From NCBI GenBank assembly GCA_037442505.1, contig JBBIPZ010000009.1, positions 8,618 through 72,617 of the forward strand: DNA of 64,000 bases. The letters are read 5' to 3'. The position numbers and the translations under genes were made by a program. The stretch's first letter is position 1. Every line of letters begins with the position of its first letter. The stretch comes from Deltaproteobacteria bacterium (GTDB lineage Bacteria > CALINM01). The notes beneath the pieces are model-generated. The model did not search any database, had not been told where the DNA came from, and saw nothing but the letters and a program-made list of their open reading frames with translations. Below are positions 40,632-50,848 of the stretch, piece by piece.

Positions 40632-41795
40632 GTGCAAAAGTTTGACGCATTTACAGGTAATTTGGCAACAGCAACAGCGTTGAAACAGATAAATCCAGAT
40701 GTGTGTGCTGCTTATCCCATAACACCTTCTACAGAGGTTGTTATGCTTTATTCTGATTTTGTTGCTAATGGTGAAGTAGATACAGAGATGGTGACTGTAG
40801 AAAGTGAGCATTCTGCTATGAGTGCGTGTATTGGTGCCTCGCTGGCAGGAGGCAGGGTAGTAACAGCAACTTCTTCTGCTGGTTTAGCATATATGTGGGA
40901 GATGCTTTCTGTTGCTTCTGGACTCAGGGCAACCATTGTTCTTTCCTGTGTTAACAGAGCTCTATCTGCGCCTTTAAACATACATTGTGATCATTCTGAT
41001 GCTATGGGGGCAAAAGATACCGGATGGGTTCAGATCTTTTCTGAAAACGCGCAGGAAGCGTATGACAACATGATTCAGGCTTTTAGGATTGCTGAACATG
41101 AAGACGTTAGATTGCCTGTCATGGTTTGTACCGATGGTTTTATCATCAGCCATTCATTTGAAAAGATGCAGTATATAGACGATGCTGAAGTAAAAGCTTT
41201 TGTTGGAGAATATAGAACAAACCGCTCACTTCTTGACTTTTCTAAGCCAGAAGCTTATGGTGCCATGGTTTTGCCAAACTACTATATGGAGTTTAAAAGA
41301 CAGCAAAGAGAAGCTATGGAAAATGCTAAAAAAGTTATACTTGAAGTAGGAAAAGAGTTTGGTGAAAAGTTTGGAAGAACTTATGGCTTCTTTGAAGAAT
41401 ACATGCTCGAAGATGCAGAAATAGTTTTTGTAGTAATGAGTTCGGCTGCTGGAACTGTAAAGCATGTAGTTAACGAATTAAGAAAAAAAGGCAATAAAGT
41501 TGGTATTTTAAAACCTCGTGTTTTTAGACCTTTCCCTGCTGATGAAATGGCTGATGCACTGAAAAATGCAAAGGTGGTTTGTGTGCTTGATAGGGCAGAG
41601 ACATTTGGTGGAGAAGGTGGACCTTTATTTATAGAAGTTAAAAGTGCATTGAAAGATATTAAAAATCAGAAGGTTGTTAACAGGATTTTTGGTTTGGGGC
41701 AGAGAGATTTTCTGCCTCAGAATGTGTTTGAGATTTATGATGAGTTAAAATCAAATGATGTTATGAGTTTTAGATATGTTAATGTTAGAGAGTAG
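40632..41795 (+). CDS. porA: Pyruvate/2-oxoacid:ferredoxin oxidoreductase alpha subunit
   Basis: AYPITPS, ESEHSAMS, NRALSAPLNIHCDHSD. Confidence 0.94.
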   Translation: MQKFDAFTGNLATATALKQINPDVCAAYPITPSTEVVMLYSDFVANGEVDTEMVTVESEHSAMSACIGASLAGGRVVTATSSAGLAYMWEMLSVASGLRATIVLSCVNRALSAPLNIHCDHSDAMGAKDTGWVQIFSENAQEAYDNMIQAFRIAEHEDVRLPVMVCTDGFIISHSFEKMQYIDDAEVKAFVGEYRTNRSLLDFSKPEAYGAMVLPNYYMEFKRQQREAMENAKKVILEVGKEFGEKFGRTYGFFEEYMLEDAEIVFVVMSSAAGTVKHVVNELRKKGNKVGILKPRVFRPFPADEMADALKNAKVVCVLDRAETFGGEGGPLFIEVKSALKDIKNQKVVNRIFGLGQRDFLPQNVFEIYDELKSNDVMSFRYVNVRE

Positions 41796-41810
41796 ACAAG
41801 GAGAGTAAAG

Positions 41811-42770
41811 ATGGCTGATACATTTACGGTAAACTTTAAAGAACTGGCAAAAAGATACGAACAAGAGCCTGAAAAGCTTGCAAGAGGACATAGATTGTGT
41901 GCGGGATGTGGAGCTCCAATAGCTATTAGACATATGTTTATGGCTGCGTATCCTTATGATGTTGTTATATCCAATGCCACAGGTTGTCTGGAGGTCTCTT
42001 CTACAATTTATCCTTTTAATGCATGGCGTGTTCCATATATTCACTCTGCCTTTGAAAATGCTGCTGCTACAATCTCAGGTGTAGAGGCGATGTATAAAGC
42101 CCTAAAGAAGAAAGGCAAAATAGATAAAAATATTAAATTTATTGCGATAGGTGGGGATGGAGGCACATACGACATCGGTTTTCAGGCACTCTCAGGGGCA
42201 ATGGAGAGACGTCACAACATACTTTACATCTGCTACAATAATGAAGCTTATATGAACACAGGTATCCAGAGAAGTTCTGCTACGCCTTTTGGTGCTTCCA
42301 CAACAACTGCACCATCAGGAAAAAAATCTTTTGGTAAGCTGCAGCCTAAGAAAGATTTGACTGCTATCATAGCTGAACATAGACCTGCTTTTGCTGCACA
42401 GGCATCGATAAGTAATCCGAGAGACTTTATGACGAAGGTAAGAACTGCACTGGAGAAAGAGGGCCCAAGTTTTATTAATGTGCTTGCACCATGTCCAAGA
42501 GGATGGCAATATCCGTCAGAGTTATGTATAGAGATTGCTCAGCTGGCTGTAGATACCTGTGTTTGGCCACTTTATGAGGTAGATGAAGATTACCGCTGGA
42601 AGATAAATTATATACCCAAAGAAAAATTAAGTGTAAGGAGCTGGTTAGAAAAACAGGGACGTTTTAAACATCTTTTCTCCCCAAAGTATGAAGGCGTTAT
42701 TGAAGAGATACAGAAATATGTTGACAGAGAATGGGATATACTGTTAAGAAAGGCAGAAGTTTTTAAATAA
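41811..42770 (+). CDS. porB: Pyruvate/2-oxoacid:ferredoxin oxidoreductase beta subunit
   Basis: GHRLCAGCG, TGCLEV, GGDGGTYDIG, NEAYMNTG, PCPRGW. Confidence 0.94.
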   Translation: MADTFTVNFKELAKRYEQEPEKLARGHRLCAGCGAPIAIRHMFMAAYPYDVVISNATGCLEVSSTIYPFNAWRVPYIHSAFENAAATISGVEAMYKALKKKGKIDKNIKFIAIGGDGGTYDIGFQALSGAMERRHNILYICYNNEAYMNTGIQRSSATPFGASTTTAPSGKKSFGKLQPKKDLTAIIAEHRPAFAAQASISNPRDFMTKVRTALEKEGPSFINVLAPCPRGWQYPSELCIEIAQLAVDTCVWPLYEVDEDYRWKINYIPKEKLSVRSWLEKQGRFKHLFSPKYEGVIEEIQKYVDREWDILLRKAEVFK

Positions 42771-42776
42771 AACGGC

Positions 42777-42805
42777 TTGCATTAAATTATTTACTTTGTT
42801 ATATT
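42777..42805 (+). promoter_or_regulatory. Putative sigma-70 promoter of mglBA
   Basis: TTGCAT-N17-TATATT with an extended -10 TG. Confidence 0.55.
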
Positions 42806-42827
42806 TGTTTTGAAATGAGGGAGTTAA

Positions 42828-43313
42828 ATGGCGTTTCCACAGCTTGTGATGTATGAAGAAGAGGCAAGATTAATAGGCAGTTTGCTTGATAAGTTAGTTA
42901 ATGAATCTAACGCAAAGGCGGTGTTTCTTGTTGATAAAGATGGACAATTAATCTCACAGGCTGGAGATACTCAAAATTTTGATAGCACTTCACTTGCTTC
43001 CCTTACTGCTGGTAATATCGCCGCTACAGGTGGACTAGCAAAGCTGATTGGAGAAAAAGAGTTTTCCATTATATTCCACGAAGGCGAAAGGGACAATATA
43101 CATATTTCTATTGTTGGGCAAAGGGTTATACTTGTAGTTATATTTGACAATAGGTCGTCCTTAGGTTTAGTAAGATTAAGAGTTAGAAAGGTTTCAGAAG
43201 AACTTGCAGCTGTCTTCGAAAAACTGAGAGAAAAGGCTGATAAGCTCGAAAGATCTGGCTCGCCTTTTGCCGAAATTACAGATGAGGATATTGATAAGCT
43301 CTTTAACATATAA
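42828..43313 (+). CDS. mglB: MglB roadblock/LC7 GTPase-activating protein
   Basis: [65 protein letters not shown]. Confidence 0.96.
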   Translation: MAFPQLVMYEEEARLIGSLLDKLVNESNAKAVFLVDKDGQLISQAGDTQNFDSTSLASLTAGNIAATGGLAKLIGEKEFSIIFHEGERDNIHISIVGQRVILVVIFDNRSSLGLVRLRVRKVSEELAAVFEKLREKADKLERSGSPFAEITDEDIDKLFNI

Positions 43314-43342
43314 AACGTTCTTTCGGGAGTTGGCTAAAACAG

Positions 43343-43933
43343 ATGTCATTTATTAATTATTCTGCACGTGAGATTAACTGTAAGATAGTTTACTATGGAT
43401 GTGGGTTATGTGGTAAGACTACAAATCTACAGTTCATATATGAAAAAACAAGTACTGAGTCAAAGGGCAAGATGATATCTCTTGCTACAGAGACTGAAAG
43501 AACGTTGTTTTTTGATTTTTTGCCACTTTCGCTGGGAGAAATTAAAGGTTTTAAGACAAGATTTCATTTATACACTGTACCGGGTCAGATATTTTATGAT
43601 GCTAGCAGAAAGCTTATTTTAAAAGGTGTTGATGGTATTGTGTTTGTCGGAGATTCACAGGCTGAAAGAATGGATGCCAACATAGAAAGCTTCGAAAACA
43701 TGAAAGAAAACCTACAAGAACATGGCTATGATATAGATAACATTCCTTATGTAGTTCAGTATAACAAAAGAGATTTACCCTCTGCTGTTCCAGTAGAAGA
43801 GCTTAGAAAGGTGTTAAATCCTTCAAATGTCCCTGACTTCGAAGCAGTCGCCACTAAGGGGATAGGAGTTTTTGAGACACTTAAGGCTGTTATAAAGCTT
43901 GTTTTGATTGAGCTTAAAAAAGGTGCCCGCTAA
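43343..43933 (+). CDS. mglA: MglA small Ras-like GTPase
   Basis: [41 protein letters not shown]. Confidence 0.97.
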   Translation: MSFINYSAREINCKIVYYGCGLCGKTTNLQFIYEKTSTESKGKMISLATETERTLFFDFLPLSLGEIKGFKTRFHLYTVPGQIFYDASRKLILKGVDGIVFVGDSQAERMDANIESFENMKENLQEHGYDIDNIPYVVQYNKRDLPSAVPVEELRKVLNPSNVPDFEAVATKGIGVFETLKAVIKLVLIELKKGAR

Positions 43934-43989
43934 TCTCCAAAAAGTGAGTTTTTTTAAATATTCTCTTCTATAAAACATTGTTTTCATTC

Positions 43990-44018
43990 TTGACCTTGCT
44001 TTTTTCTAATGGTAATCT
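43990..44018 (+). promoter_or_regulatory. Putative sigma-70 promoter of the three-gene exported module
   Basis: TTGACC-N17-TAATCT with an upstream TG. Confidence 0.5.
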
Positions 44019-44046
44019 TAATAAAAGAAAACTTGAGGAGGTTTGT

Positions 44047-46074
44047 GTGAAAAAGGTCTATTTATCATTGCTATCATTTTTAATACTTACTATTATTTTT
44101 TCTTGTGCTCCTGATCCTTACAAGCAGAGTTTTGAGAGGGCTAAGTTGCTAATGGCTCAAAACAATGTACAGGATGCCTATAATATTTCAAAAGAGTTAT
44201 GCAATAAGATGCCAGCGGAGAAGGAGTATTGTGACCTTTATAACGATACGCGAAAAACATTATACAATATTGAAGTTAAACAAATTGGTGCCAGAATAGC
44301 GTCTCTCAAGGCAGAAAAGCCCCTTATTCCAATACAGACGATTAGCGAATTATACAAAGATTTAAAACGTATTGAAGAATACGCTCTTAAAACTCAAGAG
44401 CTTGATAATATAAATAGACAGATAGAAAATGAAAAAATACTAACTGAAACAAAAAAAAGAGAGACATTGGAGAAAGCAAAATCACTTTTCAACAATCAGG
44501 AGTATGTTGAAGCGATAGATACCCTGAATGGTATTTTGTATCTTGATGAAGCAAATATATCGGAAGTTATAAATGACTACAAAGATAAGGCATTATCAAT
44601 ACTATATCCAAAGATAAACGAAAGCATTGCTAAAGACGATTGGGCAACCGCACACAGCTTGTTAAAGGTTGCAAACGATGTAAATCCTGAGTACAAAAAT
44701 GTAAAAACTCTTTTAAAAGATGCTCAGGAGAGAGATAGCGGAGAATATAATTTGAAAAAAGGTGATGAGGCGAGAAAGACTAGAAAGTATGAGACCGCTC
44801 TCAATTTTTACAAAAAGGCAATTAACTATCCTGATACGAAGGATAGAGCAGAACAGCTTTATTACAATACCAAAATAGAACTTTGTGATTTTTACTTTTT
44901 GACAGCCATTGAGTTAATGGAGCAAGACCTTAACAAACAAGCGTTTGATAACTTTAAGAAGGCGTTTGATGTTATAGAAACGCTACCGTTAGAAAAGAAA
45001 AGAATAGTGAGAATTCCTAGAAAAGAGTTACAGAAGTTTTATGATACATTATATCTTAAGGCTAAAAAGGCAGAAGATGGTGATAATTTAGGCTTAGCTT
45101 ATCAGTTTTATAAGTTGATTTCACTTTTAGCGCCTTCTTATCCCGACATTAAAGAAAATTTAAGAAAGACTGAAGAAAAGATAGTGAACAGGGCATTAAA
45201 AAGTATGGCTGTTATTCCCTTTAAAAGTCCAAAATCAGCACCTGAGGCTGGGAATATGTTTACATCTGCAATAATGTTGACACTTTATAATGAGTTGAAA
45301 CAGGATATGAAAATAATAGAAAGAGAGTCGATGGACGTGTTGTTGAGAGAATATGAATTAACGATGGCCGGCAAGTCTGCTGATAAACCAAAAGATAGCT
45401 CTTCTTTTCAGATAAGTAGTGCAGACTATTTACTATTAGGTGATGTTCTTGACTATCGTGTTGATTCATCAGTGCAGGAAGGAAACAAAGTTGTTAGGAT
45501 AAAGACGCGAGTGGAATTTATTCCCAATCCAGATTACGAAGAATGGGTTAAAAATGCAAAAAAACTGCAGGAATCAGGACAGATTATACCACCATCACCA
45601 CCAAAACTGATTGAAAAACCTTTTTACGAAGATATCAAATACAAAGTAACGTTTTATAAAAAGGTAGGTATAATTAGTATTAGCTATAGAATAGTTGATT
45701 CTGCAAGAGGGAAGATTATACATACTGGCATTGCAGATATTAAAAAGGATGCAAATGATGAGTCCAGTGAAGGGGTAGAGATAGGCGATTTTAAGATTCC
45801 TTTCAAAATGGCTCAGTTGCCTACAGATACAGAATTACTAAAAAAGGCTCAAGAAGAGGCTGTAGCAAAGATCGCTGATGATGTAAAAAAGCTGTTCAAA
45901 GATCCGGAAGATAAGTATTTGAAGCAAGGAGAACAGTTAGAAAAAGATGGCAACATAAAGGAAGCGATCGAAAGATATACAGATGCGATGATTCTTTTGA
46001 GAAAGAAAAATAAAGATGTGTCTTCATTAGAACAGAAGATAAGTAAATATATTGACGCACTTTCAAACATTTAA
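44047..46074 (+). CDS. TPR lipoprotein with C-terminal CsgG/HfaB-like domain
   Basis: SD GAGGAGG and GTG 44047; lipobox IFSC; TPR-like helices; MAVIPF...IIERESMDVLLREYEL...ADYLLLGDV...ISYRIVDSARGKII. Confidence 0.75.
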   Translation: MKKVYLSLLSFLILTIIFSCAPDPYKQSFERAKLLMAQNNVQDAYNISKELCNKMPAEKEYCDLYNDTRKTLYNIEVKQIGARIASLKAEKPLIPIQTISELYKDLKRIEEYALKTQELDNINRQIENEKILTETKKRETLEKAKSLFNNQEYVEAIDTLNGILYLDEANISEVINDYKDKALSILYPKINESIAKDDWATAHSLLKVANDVNPEYKNVKTLLKDAQERDSGEYNLKKGDEARKTRKYETALNFYKKAINYPDTKDRAEQLYYNTKIELCDFYFLTAIELMEQDLNKQAFDNFKKAFDVIETLPLEKKRIVRIPRKELQKFYDTLYLKAKKAEDGDNLGLAYQFYKLISLLAPSYPDIKENLRKTEEKIVNRALKSMAVIPFKSPKSAPEAGNMFTSAIMLTLYNELKQDMKIIERESMDVLLREYELTMAGKSADKPKDSSSFQISSADYLLLGDVLDYRVDSSVQEGNKVVRIKTRVEFIPNPDYEEWVKNAKKLQESGQIIPPSPPKLIEKPFYEDIKYKVTFYKKVGIISISYRIVDSARGKIIHTGIADIKKDANDESSEGVEIGDFKIPFKMAQLPTDTELLKKAQEEAVAKIADDVKKLFKDPEDKYLKQGEQLEKDGNIKEAIERYTDAMILLRKKNKDVSSLEQKISKYIDALSNI

Positions 46075-46094
46075 TGTTTTTTAGGAGTTGAACT

Positions 46095-49000
46095 GTGGGT
46101 AGAAAAGCAGTATTAGTTTTATTATTGGTATTTCTTTGTTTAATGCTTTTTTTACCACCATTTGCAACTGCATTAGATCCATTAGAAACATTAAAAAACA
46201 TCAAAGATTCAGCAGTTGAGTTAGGCGAGGCTCTTCTGCTTAAGGGAAAAAAACTGCCTAAAACTATTGCTGTTTTACCTGCTACCGGAGAGGGCGAAGA
46301 GCAAGACAAAGTCGAAATCAGAACGAGTTTTTCTAATCACATTTCGTATAAAAATTACGATCAGCTAAAAATCACTGATATTGACAACAAAATACATCTT
46401 GCAAAAAAACAGTTTGGCAAAGATTGGGACAAGTTTACTCCACAGGAGTTGGGTAAGATTTTGAATGTTGACGGTCTAATTTACGTTCAAATAGTTGGTA
46501 TTGAAAAGGTATATGCTGCTTTATATGGTAGTTTAACGCTAAAATTAAAGGTAAAGCTTGTAAATACAGAAAATGGCGAAGTTATATGGGAAAAAGAGGA
46601 TTCTGTTACAGAAAGGTCTGGCGGTTTGCCAACGTCACCGTGGGGTGCTATATCCACAGCGGTATCTTCTGCACTTGTTTTGAGAGAAAGTGTTAAGGTA
46701 GCGCTGACTGATAAATTATGCAGGAGTCTGGCAAAAGAAATGCCAGAACCGAAAACAGCAAAAGCAAAAAGACCTCCAGCTATTTACTCTGTTTTAACAA
46801 ATGCCCTTGACGGTCCTTTTAAAGCCCAAGATGAAATACTCGTATCGTTGCAGGGTGAAGAAGGACAAACGGCTTATTTTGATATAGGGGATGTTAAAAA
46901 GGCGATTCCACTAAGCGAGATAAAACCGGGCGAATATATGGGGAAGTATGTCGTAAGGGATGGAGACGCTTGGGATAATCAGACAATAACTGCTTATTTG
47001 TACAATCCCAAGGACAGGTTAGAAGCTCGATATACTGTTTCAAATACTGTAACTGTTGATACTGTTCCGCCGCTTCAAGTCTTCGATGTGAAAACTTTTA
47101 TGAAGAAGGACTGTATCCATCTGACCTGGAGTACTAATCCCGATGACGATGTTAAAGATTATGTTATCGCACGTGCTACTGTTGAAAATCCGAGCTTTGT
47201 TGAAATAGGTATTGTTTCCGTGCCTGAATATATTGATAGCGACATAACCTTTGGCAAAAAATATTACTACAGGATTTTTGCACGGGATAAGGCAAAAAAT
47301 TTAAGTAAATTTGTAGAAATTTCGAGTGTAGCTGTTAAAACCGGCCCCACAATTGTAAAGGGAGATATAAAAGAAAATACTACCTTTTATGCAGCTGGTA
47401 GCCCATATATCATTGAAGGAAATGTTGAAGTATTAAAAGGTTCAACTCTTATACTGGATGAAGGTGTCGTTGTAGAATTTAAAAAAAATTCAAAATTAAT
47501 TGTTTCTGGACAGGTAATTGTAAAAGGGAAAAAGGACGCTATCGTAACCTTTAAAGGTGTTGATTATGATATTATTCTTAAAGACACTTCAAAAGATGCG
47601 TTTATAGCAAATTGCGCCTATTTTTTGGGTGGAAGAAGGTTTGTGATAACAAATGCATTTTCCAATTTTAGTAGCACTACCTTTGAAGATTTTAGCCTGG
47701 CGCTTGTTATAGAAAGAAACTCAGAAGTTAATATTACTGATTCTCATTTTAGAAAAAACAAAACGACGATCAAAATAACAGACAGCAAAATATCGCTTAA
47801 AAATGTAGAAATTACAACTTCTCAAAGTGCTCTCGAGATAGCTGGAAATGCTACATTAAATTCACAAGAATTAAAGCTAAAAAATAATGAAATACATTTG
47901 ACTTCAGAAGCTACAGCAGAAATAAACGATTTAGAAGTTTCTGAAAGTCAGGAGATTGACGTAATAAGAAAAATAAGGGGAGACGTAGAGATAAAAAAAC
48001 TAAAACCTTTTGGAAAGACGTTTAAAACGCTAAAAAAAGAGTTTATAGAAGATGTAAAAAAAGATTTATCTATTGCACTTGTTAAAGATAACCATGCAGA
48101 GGCAAGAAAAAAACTTGACCTGTTAAGAGAACTGTCGGAAAAAGATTTTTATGACTTGAGCGACATTGCAGTATATTTGTTATATAAAGATGGTGAAGAA
48201 CAGTCAGCCAGAGATATACTTGCCAGAGGTTTTGTCAAAGCTGGCAAAGAGTTAGAAAAAATATTATCAAATGGTGAGAAGTCAGATATTATAGTGAAAT
48301 TTACCGATGTAAAGGTTGCGTTAGGTTCATCCTTAGATGGTGTAGATAGGGCAGGTATAACAAAAGCTAAATGGAGGGCTGTAAAGAATTTTGCTGAGGA
48401 AAAGATTGAAAATTTAGATAGAGAAAGGCTTTCTGTGCTCAATGATAAGATTATCCCAAAATCATCGGATTATACCATTAACGTGCTTCCCATTATCACA
48501 ATGACAACAGATGTTTGTTATGATGGTTACTATATGATTTTTCTCGATGTCAGGAAGATTATGAGCGATTTAAAAGAGTTTAGATTATTAAGTGATGTGA
48601 AAATGGAAACCAGGTTTGGTATAGTTGATTGTTCAGGCATTGGGATAACGAAAGGCTTGTTACTAAGAACACTTAATAAGCTAAAATTTAGTTTTTCAGA
48701 ATATGGTACTGGTAGCTGTGAGCCTTCAAATTACTATGAAAAGGCAAAAAACAGCGATACAGATGTAATTATACTGGCGAATGAATCTGCAAAAGTTAAT
48801 CCAAGCCTTCTTGGAGGGAATTTAAAAAATATCAGTGCAACTATCGAAATTAAAGCATTTGACGCGTTTCTTTCCAAACCATTATTTAATCTTACCAAAG
48901 GTATAAACATTTATCACATGAATGAAGATTTAGGCAAAGAAGTTGCGTTAAAAAATGCTTATGAGGTATTAATAGAGCGTTTTGAACGTGAGCTCTTAAG

Positions 49001-50462
49001 TATAGAAAAGTCGTTCATTTCCGACGAAAGCAGAAAAAAGATTAAGAAGGCTTTTTATTCAGAAAAGTATCTTCCACCAATAGAAATTAAAGTAAACAAG
49101 ATTGAACCAATTTTTGCGAATAACTACAAGGTTTATTCTGAAAAACCTTTTGCAGAATTAATGATTACAAACAATACAGCGAGTAACTTGGATTCGCTTA
49201 AGATTGCGATAATGATAAAAGATTATATGGATTTTCCTACAGAACAAACAATAGATCGTCTGGAAGCACTTGGAACCAAAGGTATAAAACTTACTGGTGT
49301 TTTTAATAATAAGCTGCTCGAACTAACAGAAAACACCATGCTTCAATCTGATATTTCAGTTAAATTTATAAAAGATGGTAGAGAAAAGGTTATTAATATA
49401 ACACAGCCCGTTCAGGTTTATGAAAAACATGCACTTTTCTGGGACGATAGAAATAAGATAGCTATATATATAACTCCAAAAGACCCTGCTATAGTTGATT
49501 TTTCAAGGGAGATAACACGTTCGGTTAAAAATAAAGTTTTTTCAACAAATTTCAGTTTAGGAATGGGTGTTTTTGAGGCGATGCGTTCTATAGGCATTAT
49601 TTATCAACAAGATCCAAATAATCCTTATCAGGTGGTTTCTGAAAAGGTTGGCACTGTTGATTATGTGCAGTATCCAAGAGAAACCTTAAAAAGAAGGGCT
49701 GGTGACTGTGATGATCTTGTAAGCCTTTTTATCTCATTGATAGAGAGTCTTGGTATAGATGCTGTTGCTATAGATTATCCTGGTCATATACTTGCAATGT
49801 TCGATTCGGGTGTTGCAAGGGAAGATATAGAAAAAGCAGGACTAAGCAGAGATATGGTAGTTATATATGAAGATAAAGTTTACATACCTGTAGAACTTAC
49901 ATTATTGGGAGAAAACTTTTATAATTCGTGGAAGAAAGGAGCATCTAATTACAATGAAAATTTAGGAAAAGGACTAAAATTTGTTAATATCGAGAAGGCA
50001 TGGCAACAATATAAACCAGCAACACTCCCACCAGAAACTCATACTGTCGTGTTGCCAGCAAATTTTGGAAACTTTTATAAAACCGCATACGATAATGTGA
50101 TTAATGAAAGAAACGAAATGGTTTTTAAAAATGTCAACGGTAATAGCATAAAACCTGAGCAGAGTTTATACATTCTAAAAACGAATAATTTAGCTGAAGA
50201 TGCGATTTTGCTTGGAGAATTTCTTCTAAAAAAAGGGATTGATAATGTTGCATTTTTAAATGATCTTGGTAATATAGCATATCTGGACAAAAACTTTGAA
50301 AATGCGGCTGTATATTATAAAAAGGCTTTGGAGAAAGAACCAGAAAATCCATATATAATGAGCAACCTCTTGTACGCTTTAAAGAAAATGGGCAGAAAAA
50401 ATGAAGTAAAAATTTACAAAGAAAAGTTGAAAAAATTAGCTCATTTTTTAGTGGAGGAGTAA
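46095..50462 (+). CDS. Large exported multidomain protein: GNA1162/DUF799-like, FN3, beta-helix, transglutaminase-like core, TPR
   Basis: Signal peptide; TIAVLP...PQELGKILNVDGLIY...LVNTENGEVIW; FN3 DTVPP...YYYRIFARDKAKN; SPYIIEGNVEV...TLILDEGVVVEF; DYVQYPRETLKRRAGDCDD...PGHI...PVELT; final TPR. Confidence 0.8.
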   Translation: MGRKAVLVLLLVFLCLMLFLPPFATALDPLETLKNIKDSAVELGEALLLKGKKLPKTIAVLPATGEGEEQDKVEIRTSFSNHISYKNYDQLKITDIDNKIHLAKKQFGKDWDKFTPQELGKILNVDGLIYVQIVGIEKVYAALYGSLTLKLKVKLVNTENGEVIWEKEDSVTERSGGLPTSPWGAISTAVSSALVLRESVKVALTDKLCRSLAKEMPEPKTAKAKRPPAIYSVLTNALDGPFKAQDEILVSLQGEEGQTAYFDIGDVKKAIPLSEIKPGEYMGKYVVRDGDAWDNQTITAYLYNPKDRLEARYTVSNTVTVDTVPPLQVFDVKTFMKKDCIHLTWSTNPDDDVKDYVIARATVENPSFVEIGIVSVPEYIDSDITFGKKYYYRIFARDKAKNLSKFVEISSVAVKTGPTIVKGDIKENTTFYAAGSPYIIEGNVEVLKGSTLILDEGVVVEFKKNSKLIVSGQVIVKGKKDAIVTFKGVDYDIILKDTSKDAFIANCAYFLGGRRFVITNAFSNFSSTTFEDFSLALVIERNSEVNITDSHFRKNKTTIKITDSKISLKNVEITTSQSALEIAGNATLNSQELKLKNNEIHLTSEATAEINDLEVSESQEIDVIRKIRGDVEIKKLKPFGKTFKTLKKEFIEDVKKDLSIALVKDNHAEARKKLDLLRELSEKDFYDLSDIAVYLLYKDGEEQSARDILARGFVKAGKELEKILSNGEKSDIIVKFTDVKVALGSSLDGVDRAGITKAKWRAVKNFAEEKIENLDRERLSVLNDKIIPKSSDYTINVLPIITMTTDVCYDGYYMIFLDVRKIMSDLKEFRLLSDVKMETRFGIVDCSGIGITKGLLLRTLNKLKFSFSEYGTGSCEPSNYYEKAKNSDTDVIILANESAKVNPSLLGGNLKNISATIEIKAFDAFLSKPLFNLTKGINIYHMNEDLGKEVALKNAYEVLIERFERELLSIEKSFISDESRKKIKKAFYSEKYLPPIEIKVNKIEPIFANNYKVYSEKPFAELMITNNTASNLDSLKIAIMIKDYMDFPTEQTIDRLEALGTKGIKLTGVFNNKLLELTENTMLQSDISVKFIKDGREKVINITQPVQVYEKHALFWDDRNKIAIYITPKDPAIVDFSREITRSVKNKVFSTNFSLGMGVFEAMRSIGIIYQQDPNNPYQVVSEKVGTVDYVQYPRETLKRRAGDCDDLVSLFISLIESLGIDAVAIDYPGHILAMFDSGVAREDIEKAGLSRDMVVIYEDKVYIPVELTLLGENFYNSWKKGASNYNENLGKGLKFVNIEKAWQQYKPATLPPETHTVVLPANFGNFYKTAYDNVINERNEMVFKNVNGNSIKPEQSLYILKTNNLAEDAILLGEFLLKKGIDNVAFLNDLGNIAYLDKNFENAAVYYKKALEKEPENPYIMSNLLYALKKMGRKNEVKIYKEKLKKLAHFLVEE

Positions 50463-50463
50463 G

Positions 50464-50838
50464 ATGAAGCTAAAAAAACTTTTTATAACTGTTTTCATCT
50501 TATTGTTTACAACAACATTTGTCTTTTCCCAACAGTCAACTGTAATAGAAAAAGTTAAGAAAAAAATAAAAGGGATTAGAGTTACTAACAGTGTCAATAA
50601 AACCACAGCGATTGCCGGAGTTAGGGGAGCAGAAGAAAAGGAAGATGCGACGCTTTTCTGGTATGGAAAAGACTCAATTGCAAAAGAGGAACTTGATTTA
50701 TTTCAATCAGGGCTTGATAAATTAGAAAAAGGTGATGCTTCATCAGCACGTTCAATATTTGAAATGTTTTTGAATAAATATCCAAAATCAGTTTTGTCAC
50801 CTGATGCGTATGAAGTTATAAAAACATTAAAAAATTAG
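50464..50838 (+). CDS. Small exported protein with TTAIAGVRG motif and C-terminal TPR-like hairpin
   Basis: Signal peptide; FEMFLNKYPKS resembles CpoB/BamD-type TPR; starts 1 nt after the upstream stop. Confidence 0.75.
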   Translation: MKLKKLFITVFILLFTTTFVFSQQSTVIEKVKKKIKGIRVTNSVNKTTAIAGVRGAEEKEDATLFWYGKDSIAKEELDLFQSGLDKLEKGDASSARSIFEMFLNKYPKSVLSPDAYEVIKTLKN

Positions 50839-50848
50839 GAGGGCTTTT

